Source of the DNA: Raillietiella orientalis
Lineage: Eukaryota
Length of the DNA: 64,000 nt
Direction: 5' to 3'
Assembly: GCA_036172245.1 (NCBI GenBank)
Contig: JAYWIR010000023.1
Location: 1,612,001 to 1,676,000, forward strand
Positions 33,234 to 45,020 of this stretch are shown here, one piece after another. The notes under the pieces are model-generated. The model saw only the letters and a program-made list of their open reading frames with translations, was not told the DNA's origin and ran no database searches. The stretch's first letter is position 1. Every line of letters starts with the position of its first letter. The translations under genes and the position numbers were made by a program.

Positions 33234-36200
33234 GGGGAGAGCAGAGGGAGGCAGAGAGGAGCCTTGGAAGGAACGGGTAACAATCGAGACGTAGGCAGTC
33301 GCAAGCGGCGTTGCAAGAGGGGGTGCTGGAAGGCCGCCATCTCAAGGGACGCCGAGGGTGCTGGATGTAGTGAGTTGGACCATGCTCTTCTTCCTCCTCT
33401 TTCATTCTTTTCTCTTCCTTTTTCTCTTTCCCTTCTGCAAGTCTGGGGAAGAAAAAGGTTCCCAGACTGAGTCGGAGTCGGAGGGAGGCGAGAACGAGAG
33501 TCGCAGGAACGGCAGCCGATAGCCCCGGGGGCATCCTGACTGCCCTCGGACTTCAGCGGGAGGCAACAGCGCGGTCACATGACCAATGCGCCCCCTACCG
33601 CTACCCCTACTACTCTCCAGGTCGTTCGAGTGCCTGCGCTGTCTGAATACCAAAGCGTCCTCCCGGACGACCTTGGTGTTCTCCGGGGGGAGGAGTGTCT
33701 TCCTCCGAGAGGACTCCTCCTCTGGAGTGCCTGGCAACGGGAGCGAGTTGCTCCCCCCCTTACGTGGAAGCGAGTTCTCAGTCTGAAGGAGGCAACCACG
33801 AGCTGTACTGTTCATAAGGAGTCGGGTGGAGGATGGAGTGTATCACGAGAGGAGGAATTGGTCTCGGGATCTCGTCTCTTTGCCGCCCCAGGTTACGGAG
33901 AATTCCGGGGAGTTCAGGGAGCGCGAAAGGGGAGGAAGTGGAAATCGGTCGCCGAGCTATTCCTTGCAAGACAGGTCTGCAGAAGACCTCCGTTCCTGGC
34001 GGATTCCCGAAAAAGCCAAAAAGATCCAGCGCGTGTCGTTTTTTTTTTTTTTTTTTTATCTTTCACGAGTCTCCACCAAGCTTGGTCACCAAAGCGGGAG
34101 TTCGGGGTGACATGGGTCCGCCTCCACCCGCTGGTGCTCGCTTTCCCGGAGGCAGCTGTGGAGCGGCCCAACGGCTGCTCTTGAAAACAACGATTTCCCT
34201 CAGAAGAGCGCGCAAGCGTCGTTAGGAGGCGTGGAGGGGAGGCTAATGAAATGTCCAGTGGGTCTTACCTGGACAGGAGCAAAGACTCTCCAGCCTCCTA
34301 CCGTTCGTGCCTGCCACAGCGGGCGCACCACAGTAGATGGCGCGTTCGGTCGGTCGCTGGGCGCAAGGAGAGGATCGAGGGCGTTTGCTTCTCCCAGTTC
34401 ACCTGGGGATTCTCCCTGCAGCGAGGAAGGAGACCCTTGAGCTCAGAGGCTCCGGGACGACCGAGCGCTGCCTGCTTGCTTCGCTCCCGGAGGTATCCCC
34501 GAGAGTGTCCCTCTCGTGGACGCCCAGGGAGCCCCATTTCGCTGTCCTTCTCTTCCTCCCCCTCCCCCAGTTGTGGAGACCGAGGAAGAGCCGGTCTGCG
34601 GAGCAGCCTCGAGATCCGGGAGACATCACCCCATGCAGCGCGGAGGCATGCACTCCTTCCGGAATAGGCGGAACGGTGCGACGCCTTTCACTTCCCTCCA
34701 GAGTCTCTGGGTCCTCTTCCTCCTCCCTATTCCCTCCTGGCTTCCCCTTCTCCTCCTCTTCCTTCTCCTCCCTGCTGCTGCTGCTGCTGCTCCTCCTCCT
34801 CAGGAGGATCTCGTGAAGGCTGAGCGCACGAACGTTTCTTCGCCGGAGAGACGGCGCTTCTCTCGAGCGCGTCTGCCGCTCCACCCGGAACACGCGACAA
34901 AGGCACAACGCGGGTGGTCCCGGATCAGGGAGAAAGAGGTGCTCTTGCACTCGCGTGGCCTCAGGGCACTGGCAAAGAAGAGGAAAGGGGAAACGTTTGT
35001 GTCCCCTTCTCCCGGAAACACGCGTTCTGTCTGGGAACGTCAGCGACTCCTCCCGCCTCCCTCCCGTCACCCCGTGGGGGACGGGGAGGGAGAATTCCTC
35101 CCTTTCCGGGGGGATTGCTCCGGAGGACCCATGGGATGCTAGTATTTCCGGAGATAGCCTCTGACGCGGAGGCCGACGGAGCTGGAGGGAGGGGAGGGTA
35201 AGGAAGAGCTGGGGGTAAGTGCAAAGAGGAACACGAGGGCGCACTAGCTGCCCCTCGACTGACCGGAGCTCCTGGACTCCTCGAAAACCTGTCCGAGGGC
35301 CCAGACGAAGGTGCATTTAGCGGAACAGGGAATGCTCTCCTCGTGCAACCAGCAGCGCCGTAGCTCGGGGGCTCCACTTCCGGGAGCCAAGAGCAAGGGC
35401 TCCCGCGCTGATCCCAGGGGAGCCCGCACCCTCCTTTCGTAAGCACCGGGACCGTCGTCGGATCCTATCTCCAGTTATACGCGGCGCCATTGCTCCATCC
35501 CCATGTGAACAGCCGGGGAAGGTGAGGTCAGCGCTTCGCACCGGCCGCTCTCACCTTCTCATGCGGTCGCGCGCGGGTTCCGAGCCTGCGGTAAGCTGAT
35601 GGAGGAGGCGTCTCCACGCCGCTCGGTTGGACGGGCTCCGCCTTCCCAGTCCGGGGGAAGGTAGGGGCGCACTCCGTTCCCCTCGGAGGCCTGCAGAACG
35701 CGCCGTCCGGGAACGGCTGGCGCGCCTTCTGATATATATGATGCTGCCCGAGGACATGACCTTTGGCTGCCGGGCGAGAAGCAGCGAGAAATCGCCCACG
35801 GGCACTGGTGAAAGCTCGGGGAAGATGCTGAGGAGCGCGCCGAGATCGCACGCTGGATGAACTTTTACCGAGGAAGGCGCAGCATCCGGATCGGCTGAAG
35901 CGGATCTCGGCTCTCTCACTCAGGAGGACAGCAGCGGGTGGGCGGGGGCGGAGTCAGGGAAAGGCGTGCGGAACTCTTCCGCCACCGCACCAACCCCATT
36001 CCGGAGAGCCGCAGCATGGGACCTCAAGCAAAGGAGAGAGGGCGTCTCTCCTCTCCACGACCCAAGGTCTCTTCAGTTGTCTCTTTCCGCCCTCCTCTCT
36101 CGGGTGGTCGAGCTGCACGATGGCCGCGAAAATGCCGGAAGTTTCGCGGAACTGTGGGTCTTTGGGGTCGCGGGAGGATGCTGCTGCCTCGTCGAAAAGT

Positions 36201-39200
36201 GGGGCGGGGAACGCGGCTGCTGCTGAGGCCGCCCAGCGACCTCGGTGCGTCTGCGTTGACGAAAGCGCCGCTCCCACCCCACGAACCTATCAGGAACTCA
36301 GACTCACGGAAGGCGCATCACCCTTGGCTCCTGGGAGCGCCCGCAACGGGACGCTCGTTCAGCGAAGGCGTTTTCTTCCCGAGGAGGGGGACAACGGAAG
36401 GAGACACGCGGACGGAAGCTGGTGGGGAGACCCCTTCTCGCTCCCCGGTGACGTTCGGATGGACTCCAGTAGTAAGGAAGGTGAGACGCCTTCCCCCCCA
36501 TCCTTTCCTCCTCCTCATCCTTTGGGAGACGGGGAGGGAAGGATAGAGAGACCGTCACCTCCTTCCTCGCGGAGTTCGTTTTGAGAAGGAAAAGCATCTT
36601 CTGCTCGCCGCCTCGAGAGCATCTTCCGGAAATCCGCATGGAGGCTCCCCGTTCCGGGACTGGCGTGCGATGGCGCCCCCGAGAGCCGGCCTCAGATCGC
36701 CGACTCGTGGCGACGACGAGTGGCGGTTTCCTTGGAGACGCCTCTCCTGCAGGGCATCCGCCTCGCTCCAGAGCGCCACGGCGCAGGAGGGGGAGGAACG
36801 GTGGGGGAGGAAAGTGACATCCGCTTCCTCCGGGAGCGGCGCCGTCAGGAGCTTCCGGCGCGGGAAAGCCCAAGGGCAGAGGTCCCCCCGCTTTTTGGAA
36901 ACCGCTGCTCTGCCTCTTCATCAGAGCACGAAGAAGCAGGAGCGTTCCCCGAGGACCCCTCCACCCCAACTCCCCAAATCTGCCCCCTGCAAGCCGAGAC
37001 AGCCTGGGCCGCTTGATAAGGTCGCTAGGTCCGGTCTCAGCTTCCACTCGCCGCCCCCGTAGGTTCGCCCACGCCACCGACTGCAGCGGTGGCAGATCAG
37101 GAAAGCGGATCGACGAAGGGAGGGGAGAAAAGGGGGAACTATCTCACCCTGGTAACGGAAATGACCGCCAGGGGAGCCAGGAGCAAACAGCTGCGAGTTT
37201 TCTCGGTACCGTTGGCTGACTCGAGGGCGTAGGGAGCTCCGGGAAAGGGGGGAGGGGGAGGGATGAGCTTCGAAAACGCACGCGAGGCGGCCAAACATGC
37301 AAAAGCAGCTATGAAGACGCCGATGTTTCGGGCGGGGATCCAAGACCCTGCACTCTCTGTCTCCCCCCTGCCACCTCGCCGCCAGTGAGTCACTGCTACC
37401 TCGGGCCTGGAGAGGCTCTGATTTGCTCCTCCTCCCTCTCCTCCCCCATCGACCAAAACATGGCACGTCCCTAAGGGGCTTCCCCCAGTTTCCTCGGAGT
37501 GTCATCTCCCCTCCACCCGGCAAGGTAGGCGAGGACGGGGTCTCTTCCTGACCACTTTTCCGCCGCTTTCGCGCGCCCTACTGCGGGTGACTCGTCGGGG
37601 AGCAACACGCATGGGGGTCGTCGGGGTGGACCCATTCGCGGAGGGGAATCCGACATCCCCCGTAGGTGGTCAGTTGGTCTCCCGCCCTCCCCGAGGCAGG
37701 GTAGGCAGGCCTTTCGGAGGAGCGTCCCGTGGTTCTCCCCCTTCCTGTCGGGGTGCTGCCCCTTCTTCTCCCCCCCCCCCCCACCCACCCGAAGCGGGGA
37801 GAAAGATGTTTTTTTTTCCCTGATCGCAGCGGCCTCCTGGGGGAGCGCGGCGGCGGGACACGGGCTCTGTGGGAGCTCATGAGAAGCTGAAGGGCCGTTT
37901 CCCTAGCAACGGGAAGAGGAAAAGAAGCGGGAGGAGAGCAGTATCCAGCAGGGAGACAAGTCTCCCGCGCGGTCTCGAGCGCTCCCGGCGACGGGCCGCG
38001 GATGGCTCGCGGTGTGGGAGGCGATAGCGGAGAAGCGACGGCGGCGGCGCCCCCGAGGAGGGAAGGGAGGGGACGAGCCGAAAGGAGCGCGCGGTCCGTC
38101 GCCGCCCCACTTTGCCCGCCCGCGCGTGGACGCTCCTCTGAGCTCGTGGGTCAGCTGTGAGCCCGGAACGCGGAGAGCGCGCTCCCCGCAGCCATGCCCC
38201 CGAGGGAGAGTGGGGGAAGGAAGGAGGGGAGGGCAGCCCAGAGAGATGGATCTCTTACTCCTCCCTCCCGGCGGGTCTTTCCACCACCTCATCCCTCGAC
38301 TCGCTAGAGGGTTCCTCGAGGGGGTTCCTCCACCCCGGATCGAGGTCGGATGTCCCCGGGTACAGGAGAATGCGGCCTTCGGTGATTGCTCCGTATCAGG
38401 GAGGTCGCAGTCCGCCAGAGAGGGGAGGGTCAACTGCTGCTGCCGGCAGGGTAGCGAAGGGGAGGGACACGGGGGCTCGCGCTCCAGCTCGCCCCCGCCC
38501 ACCCGCGTTGGTCTCCTCGGGCGCCCCGCGTTCCCGGAGGCGGCGCAGCGCCTCCGTGAAAGTCCGAGGCTTGCGGCGGCGGCCGGCGGCTGACCTGCTT
38601 TCCTTCCGAGAGGCGTCTCCGCTCCCCCCTCCTCCTCCTCTTCAACTCGTGGGGGGTAGGAAAAAGAGGCGCATCTTCCCGGTGCCTCCGTTCCCCCCCT
38701 TCGTCTCACCTGGGGCATCTTCCGGAGGCCGCCTGATCTCCCTGTGCCTCTCCTTCGGCGCTTCCTCCGGGATGTGAAAGCGGGAAGAGGAGGAGGAAAC
38801 AGAGGGGGGAAGGGAAGGCAGCGTCACGACTTCCCTGTGGAAGGCCAGAGATGAGGCTCGGATGAGCTGCGAGAGATGGGAGTGCGGCAGCGAGAGGGCT
38901 CAAGGAGTCCCAGGAACGCGTCGAGACAGAGGCGCCCCCTCCTCCCATGAGATGATGCAAACGGGGAACGGGAAGGAGGAGAGGGATGGAGAGGTTTCGG
39001 GATTTCAACCCTCCTCCGCCGCCTTCGTCCGGGAGGGGACGCCACTGGGGAAGGTGAGGGGGAATTGATCAGAACCCCACGGAAGTCTCTTTGCTCTACA
39101 CGGTCACTGCCGTTTGGGAAAGGAGATGGGGGGAAGGCGGCAAGATGGCGCCACCGTCGTTCCCTCTTTCTCACCACCTGCAGGGTCGGAGTCGGGAGGA

Positions 39201-42200
39201 AGGCGGAAGAGATCGCTGGCCTGGTGAGGATTTTCCAGAGGCTCCTGAAGGAGAGCGCTCTCAGGGGAGAGGGGAGTATGGGCGGGCCGTGTGCCTGAGC
39301 GGACCTCCAGAGAGAACCCTCCCTCTGAGGAGGATGCGAGCTTTCTCTCCTCACTCTTTTGCCTTCCATCGCCTTTTCCTTCCTGCGAAGGGCGCGCCTC
39401 CGCCCGCAGAAGAGGCGGCAGCTGCTTCCGAGAGTCGAGGTCACCGCGGGCGCACCTGACCTCGCATTCCGAAAAGGACCCGAAACCAGCTGGTTCAGGA
39501 ATCTTGCCAAGGAGGAAGGATGAAAGAGAACTGGGAGAAGAAAGATAGAGGTAGGGATGATCGCTCTCCCTGCCTACGGTCCGCGAGAGTCCGCCACTCC
39601 CCGAAAAATCCTCGAGACACGTCCCCTTCGTCCGCCTCCTCGGCGGTCGAGAGGACCTGCACAGACTCCCGGATACTCGTCTTCCCCCTGGGCACCTCGC
39701 TCCTGGGAAGAGACCGCCGGCTTCTTAGGAACTCTCGGGAGTGCCCGCGCGAGCACAACACGGGCCAGGAGCGGAGGAGCGTGGACCTCTGCGACCCTCG
39801 GGAGAGCCGCGTCTCGAGAAAAAAGGGAAACAGAAAAAAGGACTAGGAAGAGAAAAAGGACGCGCTAGGGTTTCCAGGGAAACGGGAGCGTTTCCCTGGC
39901 AGCGTCTGAGAAAGCACGCGCCCTACCGGACCCGCTCCTGCGCTCGCTTTCCTCGGCTTCCCGGCCTTCTCTTATCCTCCCGACACACGGAAAGATAGGG
40001 AGTTGGCTTAGCCCGAAGCTCCGGCTCAGCGTCCTGGCAGCGGTTCAGTCCCGGGGCGACCTAAGGGCACGGCTCCCGCCTCATCAACCGGATCCGGGAA
40101 CGAGGTTGGTGGGACGATGGGAAGGAATTCCCCCTGAGCGTCCCCCGGCGTATATAGACAAGACTCTTCTCGCGGAAGGGATGGTCCAGGATCCGGGACC
40201 CATGCGTCCGGTGAGAAAAGGAAGGAAGGGCGGGCGACGGCGCCCGCGGCAGCTAGGCTCGCTGCACGGGATCGAGGAACTGGAGTTTCCCACTCACCGG
40301 CCGGGTCCGGACGCTGCTCATGGGGAATGCTCCTGCCTCCTTCAAGGTGCTGACTGGAGGACGTCGACACTGATCCGAGGGCGACCGGACACACCTCGAC
40401 CGGACTGGCTGCCGGCTTTCACGAAACTCCGCTGGTGCTGGCGCGACGCGCTCTCCGAGCCTCTTTTTTTGGCTTCTTGGATGCAGGCGCTTCGTCTCCC
40501 TTTCTAGGTCACTCGGATCACTCTTTTTTTTTTTTCCCCTCTCTTCTCGCCTTGTGTTTTTTTTTTCTTCTTCTTCTTCTCCTCCTCCTCCTCCTTCTCT
40601 CTTCGCCTTCCCCTTCTCTTCGTGATATTCGCCGCGCGCACGCATTTCTGCGCCTGCGTGGAGGCCCGTCCGGACGGCAGACGGAACGCGCAAGCCGGGA
40701 ATCGGAGCGGCGCGCGCGCGCGCGCCTGCCGCCCAGCAGAGTGGGCAGTTTGCGCGCTCGCGCCGGGAGGCACAGCTCCTCTGCCGCCGCCGCCGCAAAG
40801 ATCGGGCCGTCGTCACCCAGCTTCCGCAGACGCTCCGGAGGGCTTCCTGGGAGTCTGCTGAGGGGCGTGTAGCCGCTCTCCACCCTTCTCCATGAGCCAA
40901 GCAGCCGGACGAACAACGGCCTCCCCACAGTATGCGCGCGTCTCTTTGGATCAGGGGAGGCCCCGAAGGAATGTGACCCTTCAAATACCACGATGCGTTC
41001 TGCCCGGGACGCTTCAAACAAGGCGTCAACCTTCCAGCCGCAGCAAAGTAGGCAGAGCTTCCTCTTACCTGAAGACAAATAGGTGAGGGGACGCGGATGC
41101 AACTGTGAAGATCTACAAGAGATAGGGAAGCTCACCCTGACGTCGGAAGGCTCAGAGCGAGCCCGAGAGTGTTCGCAACACCAGGCGTCTCCAGGAACGT
41201 CGTGGCCATCAGCGGAGAGCTGCGAGGACACGTTTCGTCACGCAGACGAGATGGGCGGCAAGCGGGAGTCGCACGAGAGATGGGATAGCGGTGCTACGGC
41301 GCGCCAGGGAAAGGGGGAGCTCAGCGAATTGCCACGAGGCCATCTCCTAGGAAGGAGCAATAGGAGCTCTTTCTTTTGCTCCCCTACCTCCTCCCTCATC
41401 TCCGCCGTCGCACGGAGACAGCCCCTCATCGCCGCTCCGCAGTCTTTCCGGATGCACCCGCGCGCGCTGACCACTCTCGCGACGGCACACCGACGACCAT
41501 TCCGCCCGCAGGAAACCCGTAGAGCCGGTCTTTTCTATTTCTTTCTCCGGACGCTCCCCGCTCGCAACTTCCGGGCGGCCAAAACGAAAGAGGAACCGTT
41601 GCCGCGGCAACGGTTCCTTCCTCGCCTCTGCTTCTTTCTCGGCAGGGAAGTGGCATTTCCTGGAGGTGGAGCGCGGAAGCTGGTTCAGATTGCTGTTACC
41701 CGAAGCGAGTAACCGTCTGGTGCCCGCGTCTCTCTCAGTATCTCCCTTCCTTCCTCTAGACGACTCCCGGGGAGCGGAGGGAGCGAGTGGGAGGAAGGGG
41801 TAGGACAGGAACGCCCGGAGGACGAATCGGAGCGGCGCTGAGCGGAGCTCTTTGGAGAGAGGGGACTTCGGGTGAGGCCCTGCCTCCGAGCCGGTGGGAT
41901 CCGAGATGTCGGCGCGCTCGAGACCCGCGGCCTCGAGGATGCACCGTGTTGGGGGAACGCAAGTAGGCGGGGTGGAAAGAAAGGAAGCATCTTCTAGTGC
42001 TTCACGGAGAAGAAGGCGTCTGGTCGCCTCCGGGACGCTGAAGAAGCCTTCTCGACCTCCCGCCGCGGAGAAACCTGACAGAGTCCGGCCAGGCTTCGCT
42101 TTCTGTTTCCGTCAAGAACCGGCGATGGGCGGATGAGAAGACCCTGTGGGGTGTCCATTACGGCACCTCACCGCACCCGGTCATTCACGGGAGGTCCAGT

Positions 42201-44569
42201 CGGAGAAGAAGACGCTGCCCTCGCTTCGATAGGCCCCGCCCGCTTCCATCCTCCCACCCGCACTCCCCCTTTTTTTCCCCTAGATCTCATCATCCGGCCC
42301 GGGTGCGAAGGAGCGCCTTGTTGTGAGCAACGGAGCGGCAAAAACAACAGGATGCTGTGCGATCTCCCACTGTCAGATTTCGTATCGGGCAGTGATCCCT
42401 GCACGCGCGCGCGCCTGCGATCTCCATGGAAACCGATGGGGGTGGGGGCAAAGTGCATGCCGCACGGAGAGCGCGGAGTCTTTCCGCACCCTCGCTTCGA
42501 ATTGGGAGGGCAAAGAGGGAAAGAGAGAAATCCCCAGCCCAGAGTTGCACCGCTGCCCCCTGATGCGTCGTCATAGCAACACGCCGCCTCCCCTCCTTCC
42601 CTGGCGTGTCGGCAGTGTGCTTCGCTGAGTCACCTAATCGTAGCGCTTTTCGAGTGTTCCCCTCCTTGGAGCACTTAACAAGGGAGCGGTCACCGTCTCC
42701 TCCCCAGAGAAGGCAGAAAGAAAAGGAAAAAGAGCAAAGGGCGTTTCTTCGACGCTCCTGGAGGACGACACACGACTTCCTCTGCTCCCTTTACTTCCCC
42801 CCCCCCCTACTCTTCCGTTCTCTCCCACTCTCTTCACCTGACACGCTCCGTCATCACTGCCGCAGCCGCGGTTATTAGTGCTCCGAACTCTGAGACCGCG
42901 ACTTCCGATTCATCGACGAAACATCGCTCTCAGAAATGTCTCTTTCTCCCCTGCCCCCTGTCCACGAGCGCATTCTGGACCACGAAGCACTCGAGCGCGC
43001 ACCGATCCTCTTCCCCTCGTGACGGACGAGATCTTGGTGACCGTTTTTGAGGAAGGGGGAGGAGGAAAGTTCTTTCCAGACTGCTGCCGAGCAGCGCCGC
43101 CGAAGCGCTCCGAGAGAAACGAGAGAGAGCAGGCGTTTCTCAGAAACGGCGAAGCTCCTCAAATCGAAAGTCGATTAATAGCGATTCCGCGGAGCAGGAA
43201 GGGGAGGAGGGGGGTGAATTCGGGTCGGTAATCGCTGCTGACCAACTGTCTGGTTAGGAAATGGGCAATTAATGTTTTCCCATCAACTCGAGGAGGAAGA
43301 ATCCGCTTTTACTTAAAGGAGGAACCGAGGAGGTCCAAGAGGGAGGCCAGGTTGCTTGCCGCCGCCCACCTTTCTGCCCGACGCGGCAAGGGCGTTCCCA
43401 AAGGACTCTTTCCGGACAGGCGAAGGGAGGAGGAGGAAGCCCTCGATCCCCGAAAGACTGCATGGGGATTGAAAACAGCAGAGGACCTCGAAACAGCAGA
43501 GGTGCTCGGAGCACCTTGCTGCTTCGAGCTCTGGTTGACTGGCAGAGATGCGCGCGCATACACCACCCTCGTACAAAGCGGCAAAACACCAGCGGCGGAC
43601 CAGATTCCTTCCGACGTAGACAGGAGGGAGTCCCACCTAGGGCCTGTGTTTCGGCGTTGTCGTGGGAACAGTCTGCGGAGAAGGGGAAGAAGAAAATTCG
43701 CTCTTCGAGAGAGGTGAGTCGCCGGACGGATGTTTGCTGGTCCCGAGAGTGGGGCAATAAAACGTTCTTGTCCCCGCAGAGGAGAGCTTCTTGGTTAGTC
43801 CCTCGGCGCGCGGAACGGCTCAGCTTCTGTGCTTCAGCGCATCCCGCGCAGAGAAGCAGAAGGCGAGCAGAGCCCGCAACGCGCTTCCCGGCTTCGATGC
43901 GCGTCCACCCGGCGCCGATCGTCTTTCCTTCTTCCAGGAGAACCGTCAGAAAGGTGGCCTCCACGAGATAAACCACGCTCCAAGAGATTTTCATATCCCC
44001 GTCCGTGAATCACCCATGGATTCCGCTTCCTGTTTCCGCCTGCCGGAATGAAAAAAAAACACATACACATTCTCGAGCAAAGTGATCGATGCTTTGCTTC
44101 GTCTCTTTTCCCAACAAAGGGGAAATGGGTCACCCATCGCATCCTCAAACGTCGCAGCTCGTGCGCTGATCGTCAGAAAATCTGGAAGCTCCAGAGTTCT
44201 CAACCCGTCCCGATCGCGAATCCTGTGCTACCTGTTCCTCCTCCGGAACTCTATGATTACGTCTGCCGAGCCATGACCAGCATCGAAGGAAAGATCGTCA
44301 ACATGACTCCTGGCTCTTCCGCGCATATTTTGTTTAAAATGCGCCCGGATAGAAGAAGGAGGGTATAAACATGTCATTGAAGTGTTTGGTAGCGAAAATA
44401 ACGTGAAAAAGGAGAGATGTAAACAGGAGAAGGGGAGGGGGAGGGGGGGAATGCCTCGCGATCTCAGCGCACTGTTTGTCTCCGGTTCACTGTTTTCGAC
44501 CCTTCGAATATACATCCCCGGTAATTTTCGTTCCAAACCAAGGAGGAATACACAGCAACTGTTTGCGGG

Positions 44570-45020
44570 AGGATTTTACACTCTCCCTGGGGAGAAAAAA
44601 CCTACGACCTTGATGGTTTTCGAACTCTCTGAGACAGTTCGCTTGGTGTCATCTAACGATGTGGCGCAGCTGAAGTCCTCCGATGCCTCCAGTAGAACAG
44701 TTGATTCCCTCAGGACCTTGTCGTCGGCCATATCCCGATATCCCAAGGAGCGAACTAGAAGGTCTTTGCTGGTGTTCAAGGCACTCCTTCGGAAGTGGGG
44801 AGTGAATCCTCCCTATCTTCTTCTCTTCCGTCTTGCCGCTTGTAGCATCGTCGACGACTACTCGAAGGCGCACATCGCCTCCCGCAGTCTTGCCTTCCCC
44901 TCGATCTGCAGCAACAAAGCTGTTTGAAATCCCCTGAGACTCCCATTGCTCCAGGCTTGTCCTGATCTGGTCCGTTAGTTCGTCAGATCTTCCAGAGATC
45001 TGTCGTTGATGCAGGCATCG
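44570..45020 (-). mobile_element. Decayed LINE reverse-transcriptase remnant
   Basis: Ordered remnants LHQRQ..LTDQIRTSLE, RVVVDDATSG, GRIHSPL, MADDKVL and SKTIKVVGF parallel the RT motifs Q.GF, R.Q.VVV.G..S, QGS.LSPL, YADD and N..KTKV. Confidence 0.5.

Noticed and set aside
30400..44000. Numerous 100-305 aa ORFs in all six frames
   Set aside because: Expected from high GC and scarce stop codons. They have low-complexity R/P/G/S composition, overlap each other and show no recognisable domains.
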